Shown: piece after piece, positions 1-12,194 of the stretch | How the letters are laid out: every line of letters begins with the position of its first letter | Numbering within the stretch: position 1 is the stretch's first letter | Assembly (NCBI GenBank): GCA_951406725.2 | Contig: OX597822.1 | Coordinates: 118,110,001-118,174,000 of the forward strand | DNA: 64,000 bases | Direction of reading: 5' to 3' | From: Octopus vulgaris | Lineage: Eukaryota | The notes under the pieces: model-generated | The model's database searches: none | Told to the model about the DNA's origin: nothing | What the model saw: the letters and a program-made list of their open reading frames with translations, nothing else | Program-made: the position numbers and the translations under genes

Positions 1-1567
1 CAACCACCTTCATCCCATGTTAAACTTTACCAGATTATATTTTTATTTTATTTTATTTTTATTTTTACTTTTATTTTGCTTTATCCTATTCTACTTCGCT
101 TTACCTTTATTCTCATTTTTATTTTCATCCCTTATCTTAATTCTTATAATTTTTATAATTTTTATATTTCATTTCTAACTTTTACATTGTATTTCTTATT
201 TTATATTGTATTTCTTACTTTTATTTCTAATTTTTACTCTTACCCTCATTCTTACCCCTAACTTATCGCTTTATACCTCTATATATGTCTATTTTTTTTG
301 CTTATCCCTTATTTACTTACCTATGGATCCGCTTTATGATTATACGAGCGTCCGTGTACGTATGTATACGTATACATATGTGTACATATGTACGAGTAAA
401 CATCTACGTCTGGATGTGCATACCCCGTATTTCTTTACATTTTTTTACATGTTTTCTTATACTCATATGTTTACACCTATTTGTATACATCTTTTAATAT
501 CTTATAGCTATACCCATATGCGCGTATGTCTCTGTGTGTGTATGCAAGTGTATATTTGCACGCACATATGGACACACAGCCATGTGTACGTGCACGTGTG
601 GACGTGAGTGCGTGATTCTTTACATACGTTCTTATATACATCCTTTAATATCTTATATCTAAACCTGGAAGCGCGGGCATATGTGTATGTGTATGTAAGG
701 ATGGACGCACGTATGTATATGTGGGTGTGTACACGTATAATGTCCGTGTATACATGCGGATATTCTGTTGTATGTATGTATATGTACGCGCGTGCGTATG
801 GGTGTATGTGTGTTTATGTACATGTTTACACGTGAGTGCGTGTGTTTGCTTATAGGCTTGGAGCCGTGTATGCGCGCGTATATGTGCGCGTGTATATGGG
901 TGTATGTATCCATGATGGTATGTATGTACAAGATGACCAATTAATTCAAAGAACTAGATTAACCGCTCAACAGCTCTGATTTACAACACACTAGGTCCCC
1001 AGACAACTTCTACAACTAAACTTTATAAACTACAACTAAACTTTATCAATCTCCTGACCACCATGTTTGGTCCGTAACCTCTATACATCCCTTATCTTTA
1101 TATTTTTTTATATTTTTTTACATTTTTACCATGTTTATTCCTATTTTTATTTTTTTTACTTTTTACTTTTATTTCTATTTCTATCTTTACTTTATAACCT
1201 TATGCCTTTACATTTATTTATATTTCTTTATATTTCTTTATATTCTTTATACCACCTTTACATCTCCTTATATCCCTTTATATCTTTATACTCTACATTT
1301 TTATATTTTTCTATACTTACACTTTTTATACATACATTTTTTATCCCTCGTCCTGAATTCTCGCCCCTCCATCTTCACGTCTATATATGTATTTATTTAT
1401 TTACATTACTTCAACATCCAAATTTCCTCATTCTACATTGAGAGAAGAAAGAGATGGACGCTTCAATTCTATGCTGTTGCCGCATTATGTCGTACGCGAA
1501 TGAGAGGATTTGCATCCCCAACCAAGAATTTTTGGTGTAACACATGTCCTTGTGGAAGCTGTTGTGC

Positions 1568-1645
1568 GCGGCTGAAGAAGGCCACAGACATACATTATGC
1601 ATTGTTATAAATCTGTCTAATAAAGGCCCGAAACATATGTACCGC
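1568..1645 (+). ncRNA. Type I hammerhead ribozyme (Penelope/retrozyme-like)
   Basis: Reads gcgg-CTGAAGA-aggcc...ggccc-GAAA-catatg-TA-ccgc. Helix I is gcgg/ccgc, helix II is ggcc/ggcc plus acaga/tctgt, and helix III is the palindrome ACATATGT. GUA cleavage triplet at 1639-1641; (TA)n follows at ~1759. Confidence 0.75.
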
Positions 1646-1753
1646 TGAATCCTTGGCATCATGTTTTTATTTTTATTTTGATCAATTTACTCCACCACCT
1701 ACACCACCAAACGGTATACACAGGTGCTTGTAATTATCAAGTACTCACCCCGA

Positions 1754-1803
<50 letters not shown>

Positions 1804-1966
1804 ATATATATACACATACATATGTATAGATATTTACAATTATATAATTACACGTTTATCTAATAGAGCAAAATAAACATACATGTGTGTGTATCTACAC
1901 CCGCACACATAAACACACACAATATTTTATTCTGTCTCATCTATACTCGTTTGTTTCTAGACATCA

Positions 1967-2378
1967 TACTCTTTACTCCTTACTTGTTTCAGTCATTTGA
2001 CTGCGGCAATGCTGGAGCACCGCCTTTAGTCGAGCAAATCGACCCCAGGACTTATTCATTGTAAGCCTAGTACTTATACTATCGGGCCCCTTTTACCGAA
2101 CCGCTAAGTTACGGGGTCGTAAACACACCAGCATCGGTTGTCAAGCGATGTTGGGGGGGACAAACACATACACGCAAACATATACACACCCATACATATA
2201 TATATACATATATACGACAGGCTTCTTTCAGTTTCTGTCTACCAAATCCACCCACAAGGCTTTGGTCGGCTCGAGGTTATAGTAGAGGGCACTTTCCCAA
2301 GGTGCCACGCAGTGGGACTGAATCCGGAACCATGTGGCCCATAAGCAAGCAACTTACCACACAGCCACTCCTACGCCT
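1967..2378 (-). mobile_element. tRNA-headed SINE family A, full length
   Basis: Reverse complement matches the copies at 45007 and 45898: A/B-box head, internal microsatellite, tail ccagcatggccgcagtcaaatgactgaaac. Confidence 0.9.
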
Positions 2379-3441
2379 ACTTTTTTTTTTTGCTTTATAT
2401 ATTTTTTTCAGTGACCAAATTCATCATATCATATTATAAATATCAAACCTTACACTACAACATCCGAGTGCTTCGGAATCGATTAAATAAGTACCAGCTA
2501 ATCACTGGGATCGATGTAATCGACTTAATCCCCTTGTCTGTCCATTTTGTCCCCTCTAAGTTTAGCCCCGTGTAGGCAATAAAGAAATAAATATCATAAT
2601 AAATACGCCTATGTCGACTTTGCCCTTCATCCTTTCGAGCTGATTAAATAAGCAGTTGAGCACTGGGGTCGAGGTAATCGACTTACTCCCTCCCCCCAAA
2701 TTGCTGGCCTTGTGCCAAAATTTGAAAGCAATATGAGAATAAATATTTACCCTTTAGTTTTGTGTTAAGGTTTTCCCCTAGTCCGCAAGCTGAGACGGAC
2801 TTATATGTGTGTGCATACGTGCATAGATACGCATACACGCACATGCATGCATATATGCCAGGCATACATTATTAATAAAGCACAATATCAACGATTTTTA
2901 CCAGTTCCATACTAGATGTTGGAATAACTCCAGCAATCATCAGAAAAGAGACTGACAGGGATGGTGTGTCGGCTCTTTGCTGCTGGGGTTTCGTCTTCTA
3001 TTAATATTGATATTCCCATTCTGTTGGCCAATAAGTCATTGCTATTTTTCTGTCTCATGGACTTCTAGACAACTGTGTGTGTGCGTGTGTGTGTGTAATT
3101 GAGTGTGTACGTCTGTGTGTTGGTATGTGTGTGCATGTACATGTGCGTGAGTGCATGTGTGTGAATGTGTGAGAGTGTGATTGTGTGCGAGTGTGCATGT
3201 GCGTGTATGTGAGAGAGAGTGTGTGTTTATGTGTCATCTGCCTATGTTTCTGTTCATGTTAGCACTCATAAGATAGAAACAAATACACAAACGATGTAGC
3301 AGAATGAAACACATTCTGGGATCAGGGTCAAAAACGCTGAACTAGACGAGAATGGCTGCTGCCAAAATGCTGGAATCAGTAAAAGAATAAAAGAATATGA
3401 CTGTGAAGTTTAAACAGCCCTCAGAATGGCCTCTGGTTATT

Positions 3442-3675
3442 TTGGGTCATCCCATAAATAATGCGCTTTTTTTATACTTCTTTTATTTTTCGAAATTAAG
3501 ATAAACTAAATTCTTTCTTAATCTAAAATATACTCTCCTTCATTTTCTGCAATGCTCTTCCATCTATTTGGAAGACTTGCAAGGCCCCTCTTTCAAAATT
3601 TACTTGTCCGTGACGAAAAATGCACCTCCAGAACTGTTCTGGCCTCGTCTACAGAATTCATTTTTTTTTTTCCGT
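3442..3675 (-). mobile_element. Mariner transposon 3' relic with TIR
   Basis: Minus strand encodes ...RGLASLPNRWKSIAENEGEYILD*, a typical mariner C-terminus, and ends in TIR-like ttgggtcatcccataaataatgcg. Confidence 0.75.
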
Positions 3676-4033
3676 GCAAACAGTTACATACATACATAAA
3701 TCCTTTTGTCCTTGCCTTCATAACGTGGAGTAGTTGAAATAGGGACAACTGAAGACGGGGAATATTCTTTATGTTGTATGTCTCGTTTCTCTGTTTGTTT
3801 TTTGGGGTTTTTTTCGTTGTTCGGAAAAAAAAGTTCGTTTCTCTTTTGTTTTTATGTTTTCGTTTCTCATTGCGTTCAGCGTTATTTTTTTAATCCGGTA
3901 CCTATATATGCATGTATATATACATATATATGTAGTTATGTACATATATGTATGTATATATGCATTTATTTATGTAATATTTATATTATTATATGATCGA
4001 ACGCCACGTATCCTTTTCCAAGTAAGTTTTATC

Positions 4034-4118
<85 letters not shown>

Positions 4119-4717
4119 GCATATTGATCTCTTTCAGACTAATGAGCTATACATAGTAACAGAAACACTACTTAAATGGGAGATGATCAGATCTTTAAAG
4201 AGGTCGCTAGAAAGCTATTTCAATATCTAATCTTGACTGAAATATAATAGCGTTTCAAAATACCTGATATTTTAATCAAGGTCAATAGACAAGAGCTGTG
4301 AAGTTATTAATAGTTCATCACACCGCTTTCTTCTCAACAGATTGATCCTGTCTACTTATATTCTAGAAAATATATCAATACAACTAAGCGAGCGCCACCT
4401 GTGCGTTTATATGCGTGTATGTACATGTGTATGTGTGCGTATATACGTATGTGTGTATCTGTGAATACACGATACTCTCGGTGTTAATCTGAGCCAACGA
4501 ACACGGCACGTCCAGAAGAGATTTTATCTCGAACCAAAAGCATACTAACATGTCTGTCAACGACACACACATATACACACACACACATTAAGTATGACAC
4601 ACAGATGGTTATTTTAATTTAACACTGCCTCAGTGGCCTACATCGGATTATATATATACGTGCCTGTTGCAAGAGAGACAGAGAGGTGTGTGGTGGTGAG
4701 GGATATAAAGGATTCTT

Positions 4718-4934
4718 TCTTTACTACCCACAAAGGGCTACACACAGAGGGGAAAAAGAAGGACAGACAAACGGATTAAGTCGATTATATTGACCCCAGT
4801 GCGTAATTGGCACTTATCTAATCGACCCCGAAAGGATGAAAAGCAAAGTCGACCTCGGCGGAATTTGAACTCAGAACGTAAAGACCGACGAAATACGGCT
4901 ACGCATTTCGCCCGGGGTGCCAGCTCGCCGCCTT
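4718..4934 (-). mobile_element. SINE family B (Meta/MESC-like core) with ~15-bp TSD
   Basis: Core gcttttcatcctttcggggtcgat; flanked by atataaaggattctt (4703-4717) and atataaagtattctt (4935-4949). Confidence 0.85.
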
Positions 4935-5406
4935 ATATAAAGTATTCTTGGCCTAGATTCAAACCTGAGTTTTCACATTCCTTTTCTTTGCTCTCCGATT
5001 GTGCACTTAAAATCCCTTTGTACTTGTTATATGTTACCTGTGCCTCTTTTAGTATTGTTAGAAGCTGCGGAAAATCACAGAAGCTATAAGGGCTCATAAA
5101 AACACTTGTGATGAGCAAAGTCATTCTCGCTCTTTACTATTCTTACAATTCAAGGTATGATTCCAATCTCAAGGAAATGGCACAGCCTTGGATCTTTTGC
5201 TTACAATGGTGACCAAACTCTCCTGCTATTCACACCGGTACTTTTTAATGTTAAGTGAGTTGCATTGCTTTCACTCAGCCATGAGACTATAAACTGCCGG
5301 TCACGCGTCACAAAATGTCGAACATTTGGTTTATAGTTCTTATATTCTATAAACATGACTTTGAATTATTTCTAGAGTGAAACCATACTGAAGCAGCTTC
5401 CTCTTT

Positions 5407-5472
<66 letters not shown>

Positions 5473-6889
5473 AACATAAATATATGGACACCAAAACCTT
5501 AGCAATTCATGTAAACTTCTGTAAGTGATACCAATCTCTTGTAAGCTACTAATCCTTTGGAAACCACTAGAAACTTTGTTTCAGTTTAATGAATATTACG
5601 AGAATGCAGAAGTGTAGAGTAATGGTGTTTAATATTTGAGTCCGTTACTTCAAGCTAACAAACACTTGTGATTTATATGCTGTCCAGAGAAATATATTTA
5701 ATTATATCCCAGATATTATAGATTGAGATATAATTCATTGCTGTAGGTAATGAAGGCTGTATATAAATTGCATTTGAGTTGTTAATATTCCTAGTTCATA
5801 TCTGCCCATGAGCAAAATCTTATACTGGCACCCTATACAGAAAGATAAATATTTCTTAATCATTTAATACTTAAAGCTAAACATAAATCCTTCATTACAC
5901 TATCATGCTTGTACGAAAATTGCTGTGGGTAAAAAGTGAGTTACAAGTTATAAAGATTGTGTTCTAATTCATAAGTAAAGGATTTCCGTCGAAACTTGTC
6001 GATCTAATACTAAAAAGTATCATCTAAAACATTGATAATTTCACACACTATCAGTGATGTATTACCGTAGACATAGCCATCATACAAAATTATCGCTGAG
6101 CCATTGTAAATAAGTATCATGGAATAGGGTAGAACCCATTGGTCTCTTTAGAAACACTTACATTGAATATGTGATTTATTAATCGAGTTAAAATCCCTTT
6201 ATGAGGCTTGATTTCACAATCTCGCAAGAAGCTAACAGGAACAGAGGGTGGGGGTCTACTCACAGAAATAGGAGAGATTTTATTCGATGCCATGTTGTCA
6301 CTCTTCGCATTTCTCTCGAAGACAGTACACAAAGCGGTAGAAAACAGCAGCCACAACAGTAAGAATGACAAGTAAATCTTAATGGCGCCTGTACATAAAC
6401 ATGTCTTCTAGAAACACGATCGAAATATTCTTGAGCTTTATTCAATAGAAAGAAAGCATCAGTAATTCTGAGATTCGTATATATTGATTACGAGCAAAAC
6501 GCCCCCTACCGTCCAATGGAGGGTGCTGAGTTGTCAAACATTTAAACCAAATTTTCTCAGAACAACTTGTCCGACCGTCCTATAGGACTCCCCTTTGAGA
6601 AACCCTGATTTAACCTAAATTTGAGACATCAGCAAAAGAAGAAATAAAGATAGACTTTTTTCCTATTCCAAAGAAAAACGATTTTATTCACACAAATATG
6701 CAACCAAAGAGTTTAAAGTACCAGTAATGATAAGGCTGTTGACTGGGAGAACACAAACATGGTTTAAACAGTAAGCGTGGCAGGAAAGAAACGTGCCTTT
6801 AAGCAGTACAAAAACAACAAAAAATGGAAGGTGCAGTTATGTACAGGTTGACGGAAGAAAAGCAGGACAAAAACGGCTTTATTGATTAC

Positions 6890-7045
6890 ATTCTCACCGG
6901 GAATTGATTTTTGTAATTTTTTCAAGACTTATACACGCCCTGATACCATCGGTATCTACATATCAAATTTGAGCGCAATCGGATGGAGGATGCCCGAGAT
7001 CCTAGAAGACACACAGACAAACAGACAGAACAGATTTTGTATATG
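6890..7045 (+). mobile_element. Helitron/Helentron-type non-autonomous element fragment
   Basis: atatcaaatttgagcgcaatcggatg...acacacagacaaacagacag...ttgtatat, an arrangement typical of DINE/HINE-like repeats. Confidence 0.4.
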
Positions 7046-7625
7046 AGATGAATGAAGATATGAAAAGCTAATTGCAAAACTAAAGGAGATCCTCGACATC
7101 CTCTTTCATTTCTATACCAGGTGTCCTACCAGGTACGAGATGCAGATCACTTAACTCGGTGCATTGATCGGCTACTTCGTTAAATCTAGTATTTACACCT
7201 GACAAGATCATCGTCTTTAATTTGAAAAATGGACGTCTTTCGAAAACTTCCTCAAATGCGATGAAGCCCCATAACCATTCAGACTCGCTAGTTGTATATT
7301 TGGTTTTCGCAGAGTGTATCCAAACAGAATTAAGTTGGTTGTCTGAGCTTTGACTTAGCTATTTATTATATTTTCTTGAAAACTAAATAACTACGCAAAC
7401 CAGAATAAAATTCAAGGTTTATATCTCTCTACGTAGAGTGGAGTCAGTAAAATATAAATCGAAAACGTTTTGAAGATCAAAGCTGCTCAAAGTCTAACGT
7501 TTTATATCTACGACAGCCGCTGTAATGTAAAAAGGTTCATTTGCATAACGGTCCGTTGATTAAAGCGCTGTTTTAGGGATGGGTGAGGCATTTGTCTATC
7601 TACTATGATGATTGTAATTTAATAA

Positions 7626-7948
7626 GCACGCGGTTCAGTGGTTAGAGCGTCGAGCTTATGATCGTGAGCTTGTGAGTTCGATTCCCGGACCGGGCTGCGT
7701 GTTGTGTCCTTGAGCAAGACACTTTAACACAGTTAACTCAGCTGTAGAAATGAGTTGCGACATCACTGGTGCCAAGCTGTATCGGGCTTTGCCTTTCCCT
7801 TGGATGACATCAGTGGTGTGGAGAGGGGAGGCTGGTAGGCATGGGTAACTACTGCTGGTCTTCCATAAACAACTTTTCCAGGACTTGTGCCTCGGAGGGT
7901 AACTTTCTAGGTGCAATCCCATGGTCATTCATGACCGAAGGGCGTCTC
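7626..7948 (+). mobile_element. tRNA-headed SINE family C
   Basis: Head cagtggttagagc...gttcgattccc and body gtgtccttgagcaagacac; closely similar copies at 18381-18713 and 44643-44890. Confidence 0.85.
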
Positions 7949-8808
7949 CTCCTCCTCTCCAATTGAATTTAGGACAAGAAATTGCATAAGAAAATCCAAT
8001 TGTCGGAGCACCACTAAAACTTTCATCTTCAAGTAGCGTAAATCCCATTCACTGCAAGAATTGTTGACTCTTATACGATGTTTTACTGCTGCATATGGCT
8101 GTGAGCTATATCACGTCCATTGTTGTAATTATTAACAATTGCAATAGTTTATTTGCTAATGGGAGTTTAATCAATGCTTCATTAGGTCTCAAACGTAGCG
8201 CATGTGACATGATAAAATACACTGGCTTCCCAAAATGAATTCTGGAGTTCTGTTTCTGCATTTTTTAACAGGTCTCAAAGTCCTTATATAATTAAAGAAA
8301 ACAAAAGAAATGGCGTGGTGGTGGAGCGAAACTGGAACCGAATTTCGATTGACGTTTCAGTCGTCTCTTACGTTACGGCATTCACCAACACATTCCATTG
8401 AAATAGTCCATAGAAACATAATTCTTGACTTATTTTGCTGTTTACGAGTTCATATTACCAGCTTTGGTTTCATTAATATTTAATGGAATTAACTTCAAGT
8501 ATTAATACTACTCTTACAAGGTTATATAATTCTCACAAGATGTTATACAAGAAAGCATAATGTCACGACATTGTTATTGCGATAATGTCTGTTGTTTGCA
8601 GCATTTTGGTCGGAAGTTGAGAATGCACAATTTTTTTGACATCAACATCTAAAACATTACCTGGTAGACAAGAATGGCACTTCGACTGAATTCTAATGAA
8701 TACTTCATTTCATTTCCTCTTGTTCCCTTAAGCAATGTCAGTATAAATACTGAGTTTATATATTAATTGGAAGTCTTGTACTTCCAGGCAGAGAGAATAG
8801 TATATTAA

Positions 8809-9234
8809 AGCAAGGTGTGGCTGTGTGGTAAGAAGCTTGCTTCCCAACCACATGGTTCCAGGTTCAGTCCCACTGCGTGGCACCTTGAGCAAGTGTCTTC
8901 TACTACAGACTCGGGTCCATCAAAGCATTGTGAGTGGATTTGATAGTCGGAAACTCTGTCTGCATGTGTGTGTTTGTCTGTGTGTGTGTGTCAGTGTGTG
9001 TGTGTGTCTGTGTGAATGGGTGTGTGAGTGAGTGGGTGAGTAAATGCATGTGTGTGTGCTTGAGTGTGTTTGTCCCCCACCACCGCTTGACAGCCAGCCT
9101 TGGTGTGTTTACGTTCTCGTAACTTAGCAGTTCGGCAAAAAAAAAACAAGTATAGGGGTCGATTTGTTCAACTAAAACCCTTCAAGGCGGTGTCCCATCA
9201 TGGCCGCAGTCAAATGACTGAAACTAGTAAAAGA
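8809..9234 (+). mobile_element. SINE family A
   Basis: Head, (TG)n middle and conserved tail, as in other family A copies. Confidence 0.85.
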
Positions 9235-9451
9235 TTAACAGCAAACGTAAAGAAACATAACAGTCAGGTGGCACTCTGTTGTCTCTTTGACACTTCACCG
9301 TCTCTTAAGTTCATTATAAATATTATTTCATACATTAACATAAAGTCATACACCCACCTATCGGAGTAACCATAATGGATTATATTACTGGTACTTATTT
9401 AATACGAGATGAATGCATGAAAAACAAAATATACCATCCCTATTTGAGTTT

Positions 9452-9773
9452 GGAGGCGCAATGGCCCAGTGGTTGGGGCAGCGAACTCGCGGTCGGAGGA
9501 TCGCGGTTTCGATTCCCAGACCAAGCGTTGTGTGTGTTTATTGAGCGAAAACACCTAAAAGCTCCACAAGGCTCCCACAGGGGATAGTAATGACCCCTGT
9601 TGTACTCTTTCGCCCCAACTTTCTCTCTCTCTCTCTCTCTTCCTGTTTCTTGAGTAACGCTACGATGGACTGGCGTCCCGTCCAGCTGGGGGGAACACAT
9701 ACGCCACAGAAACCCGGGAAACCACGCCCATGAGCCTGGCTAGGCTTGAAAAGGACGACAAAAAAAAAAAGAA
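9452..9773 (+). mobile_element. SINE family D, tail type 1 (V-domain-like), 10-bp TSD
   Basis: Head ggaggcgcaatggcccagtgg...ggtttcgattccc; tail cgatggactggcgtcccgtccag and poly(A); TSD atttgagttt at 9442-9451 and 9774-9783. Confidence 0.85.
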
Positions 9774-10189
9774 ATTTGAGTTTAGGACGTACAGGTATGT
9801 AACTAAATAATACGGCAGAGGAATTTTTGTCGACTTTCTACTGATTCTGATATTATTTATACCCCTTAATCACTAAATAGTAAAGTAACAAGTGAGATAT
9901 TATTTCCGGATAAATTGAGATACTGATGTGTTTTCTCCCACTAATTATAAGTAATTTAAGACTTGCGAAAATTCGGCCAATGTTTAATGATACTTATTAA
10001 CTTTTATGATTAGTTCGCAGAACAAGAGACAGGCCTCTTGCAATCCGAAATCAGGATTCGGTCTTGATTTTCGATTCAAGCGATTTCACTTGTTTAGCGA
10101 ATAAAACTCATATAAAAGACATGAAGGCCCCAACATCACATTGATGATTACTTAAATAATAAGTCCTTGGGACTTTTGAGAAAGCTGTG

Positions 10190-10224
10190 AGAGAGAGAGA
10201 GAGAGAGAGAAAGAGGGAGAACGA

Positions 10225-10268
<44 letters not shown>

Positions 10269-10282
10269 AAAAATATAGAGGA

Positions 10283-10326
<44 letters not shown>

Positions 10327-10440
10327 AGGTATAACTAGAAATAAGTATAATTCGAAAGAAATTGCAGAGAGAGACAGACAGACAGACAGACAACGACAGA
10401 CAGACAGACAGACAGACAACGACAGGCAGACAGACACAGA
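10190..10440. repeat. Compound (GA)n/(GAAA)n/(GACA)n microsatellite
   Basis: Read directly from the sequence. Confidence 0.95.
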
Positions 10441-11104
10441 CTAATCAAAGAAGAATAAGTTTGAAAGAGAGATGAGGAGAAAAGCGTAGAGTAGAGAAGG
10501 ATTTGGGAAAAACGCAATAAGTTTTTTGAATGAAGATTATAATGAACCATTTCCTAAACAATGCAAGGAAATCTCTGTCCTTTCATGGGATATTTTAGAT
10601 GCTTATTTCGGCGAATTAGTTAAGATTGTATTAAACAATTAAATACATCGTTCCAGGGAAATGCTTCGTATTAAGTTTTGCTAATCAACAGGACAGTCCA
10701 GGTGGTCTTGAAGTTTAGATAATCGGTTTATTATTGTGGGGTTAATTCCCACTACACTAGTCCATAAGGAAGGGGAATAATTGACAGATGTTTAAATCTT
10801 TAAAGGCCAGAGCGGTCAGCTTTTATTGTCTTCCGTTGGTTAAAGATGTGAAACCGCTAGGCGTGATTATCGCAGATTTTGTAGCATTCACGCGATTTTC
10901 AAGAGATATTAGTAGCGTAAACATAAGGCTATACAAGTAGTTTCCTTTTCATCTACAGTGCACACGAACCAACTACGAAGTCTCTCGACATCCAAGAAAT
11001 AGTAGTCAAATCTCTCTAGCTTTAAAAAGTGACGCAACCAATAATGTGTCCCTGAGTTCTCTGCAGAAAAAAAAACGAGTCACTTACGGCTGAAATGTCT
11101 TTGA

Positions 11105-11472
11105 TGGATGGAAGCACTCCGTCGGTTACGACGACGAGGGTTCCGGTTGATCCGAATCAACGGAACAGCCTGCTCGTGAAATTAACGTGTAAGTGGCTGA
11201 GCACTCCACAGACACGTGTACCCTTACCGTAGTTCTCGGGGATATTCAGCGTGACACAGAGAGTGACAAGGCCGGCCCCTTGAAATACAGGTACAACAGA
11301 AACAGGAAGTAAGAGTGAGAGAAAGTTGTGGTGAAAGAGTACAGCAGGGATCACCACCATCCCCTGCCGGAGCCTCAAATAAACACTCACAACGCCCGGT
11401 CTGGGAATCGAAACCGCGATCCAATGACCGCGAGTCCGCTGCCCTAACCACTGGGCCATTGCGCCTCCACTA
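11105..11472 (-). mobile_element. SINE family D, tail type 2, 13-bp TSD
   Basis: Same head as 9452 with a different tail; TSD gaaatgtctttga at 11092-11104 and 11473-11485. Tail-only relics at ~41055-41158 and ~56365-56478. Confidence 0.85.
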
Positions 11473-11962
11473 GAAATGTCTTTGAACATACACAATGAAA
11501 CGTTTCCAGTATATTGTGATTTAAGATCTAAAAAGGAATCCATATTCCCTGACAGTCTAATTTGATGCCGCAAATTTGATGGAAATTTTTCCCTAAAATC
11601 AGATTAACATCCAAATACCATTAACAACATATCGATTTCAAAGATTGGCAAAAGGCCAGTAAGTTCGGGCAGTGAGTAAGTCGATTACATCAACCCTAGT
11701 GATCAAGTAATACATATTTTACCGGACCCGAAAGGCAAAGTCGACTTCGGCGGCGGAATTTGAATCCAGAACGTAAGGACGGACAAAATGCTGCTAAATA
11801 TTTCACCCGTCGAGCTAACCATTCTGCTAGCTTGCCGCCTTACTCTTATCAACAATATACAGCGAAGATTATCAAAATCCTGAAATGGTGTCTTTGGGAA
11901 TTTACCCATTTTTCCAAGTAATTTCCATGCCAGAGTGTCCATAGTTTCATAATGCTTATAGT

Positions 11963-12194
11963 TATTTCTTTACTGCCCACAAGGGGCTAAACACAGAGGA
12001 GACAAACAAGGACAGACAAAGGGATTAAGTCGATTACATCGACTCCAGTGCGTAACTGGTACTTAATTTATCGACCCCGAAAGGATGAAAGGCAAAGTCG
12101 ACCTTGGCGGATTTGAACTGAGAACGTAACGGCAGACGAAATACGGCTACGCATTTCGCCCTGCGTGCTAACGTTTCTGCCAGCTCGCCGCCTG
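11963..12194 (-). mobile_element. SINE family B, full length, 13-bp TSD
   Basis: TSD taatgcttatagt at 11950-11962 and 12195-12207; an older family B copy lies adjacent at ~11640-11840. Confidence 0.9.

Noticed and set aside
1-1410. Several 60-160 aa ORFs rich in F/Y/I/L or V/C/M
   Set aside because: Low-complexity T-rich and TG/TA-rich DNA; no domain motifs.
2880-2950. CTGATGA followed by a hairpin on the minus strand
   Set aside because: No GAAA at the stem base and no helix I partner.
3703-3790. ttgtcctt/agggacaa stem + CTGAAGA + stem
   Set aside because: Followed by tttc rather than GAAA; core incomplete.
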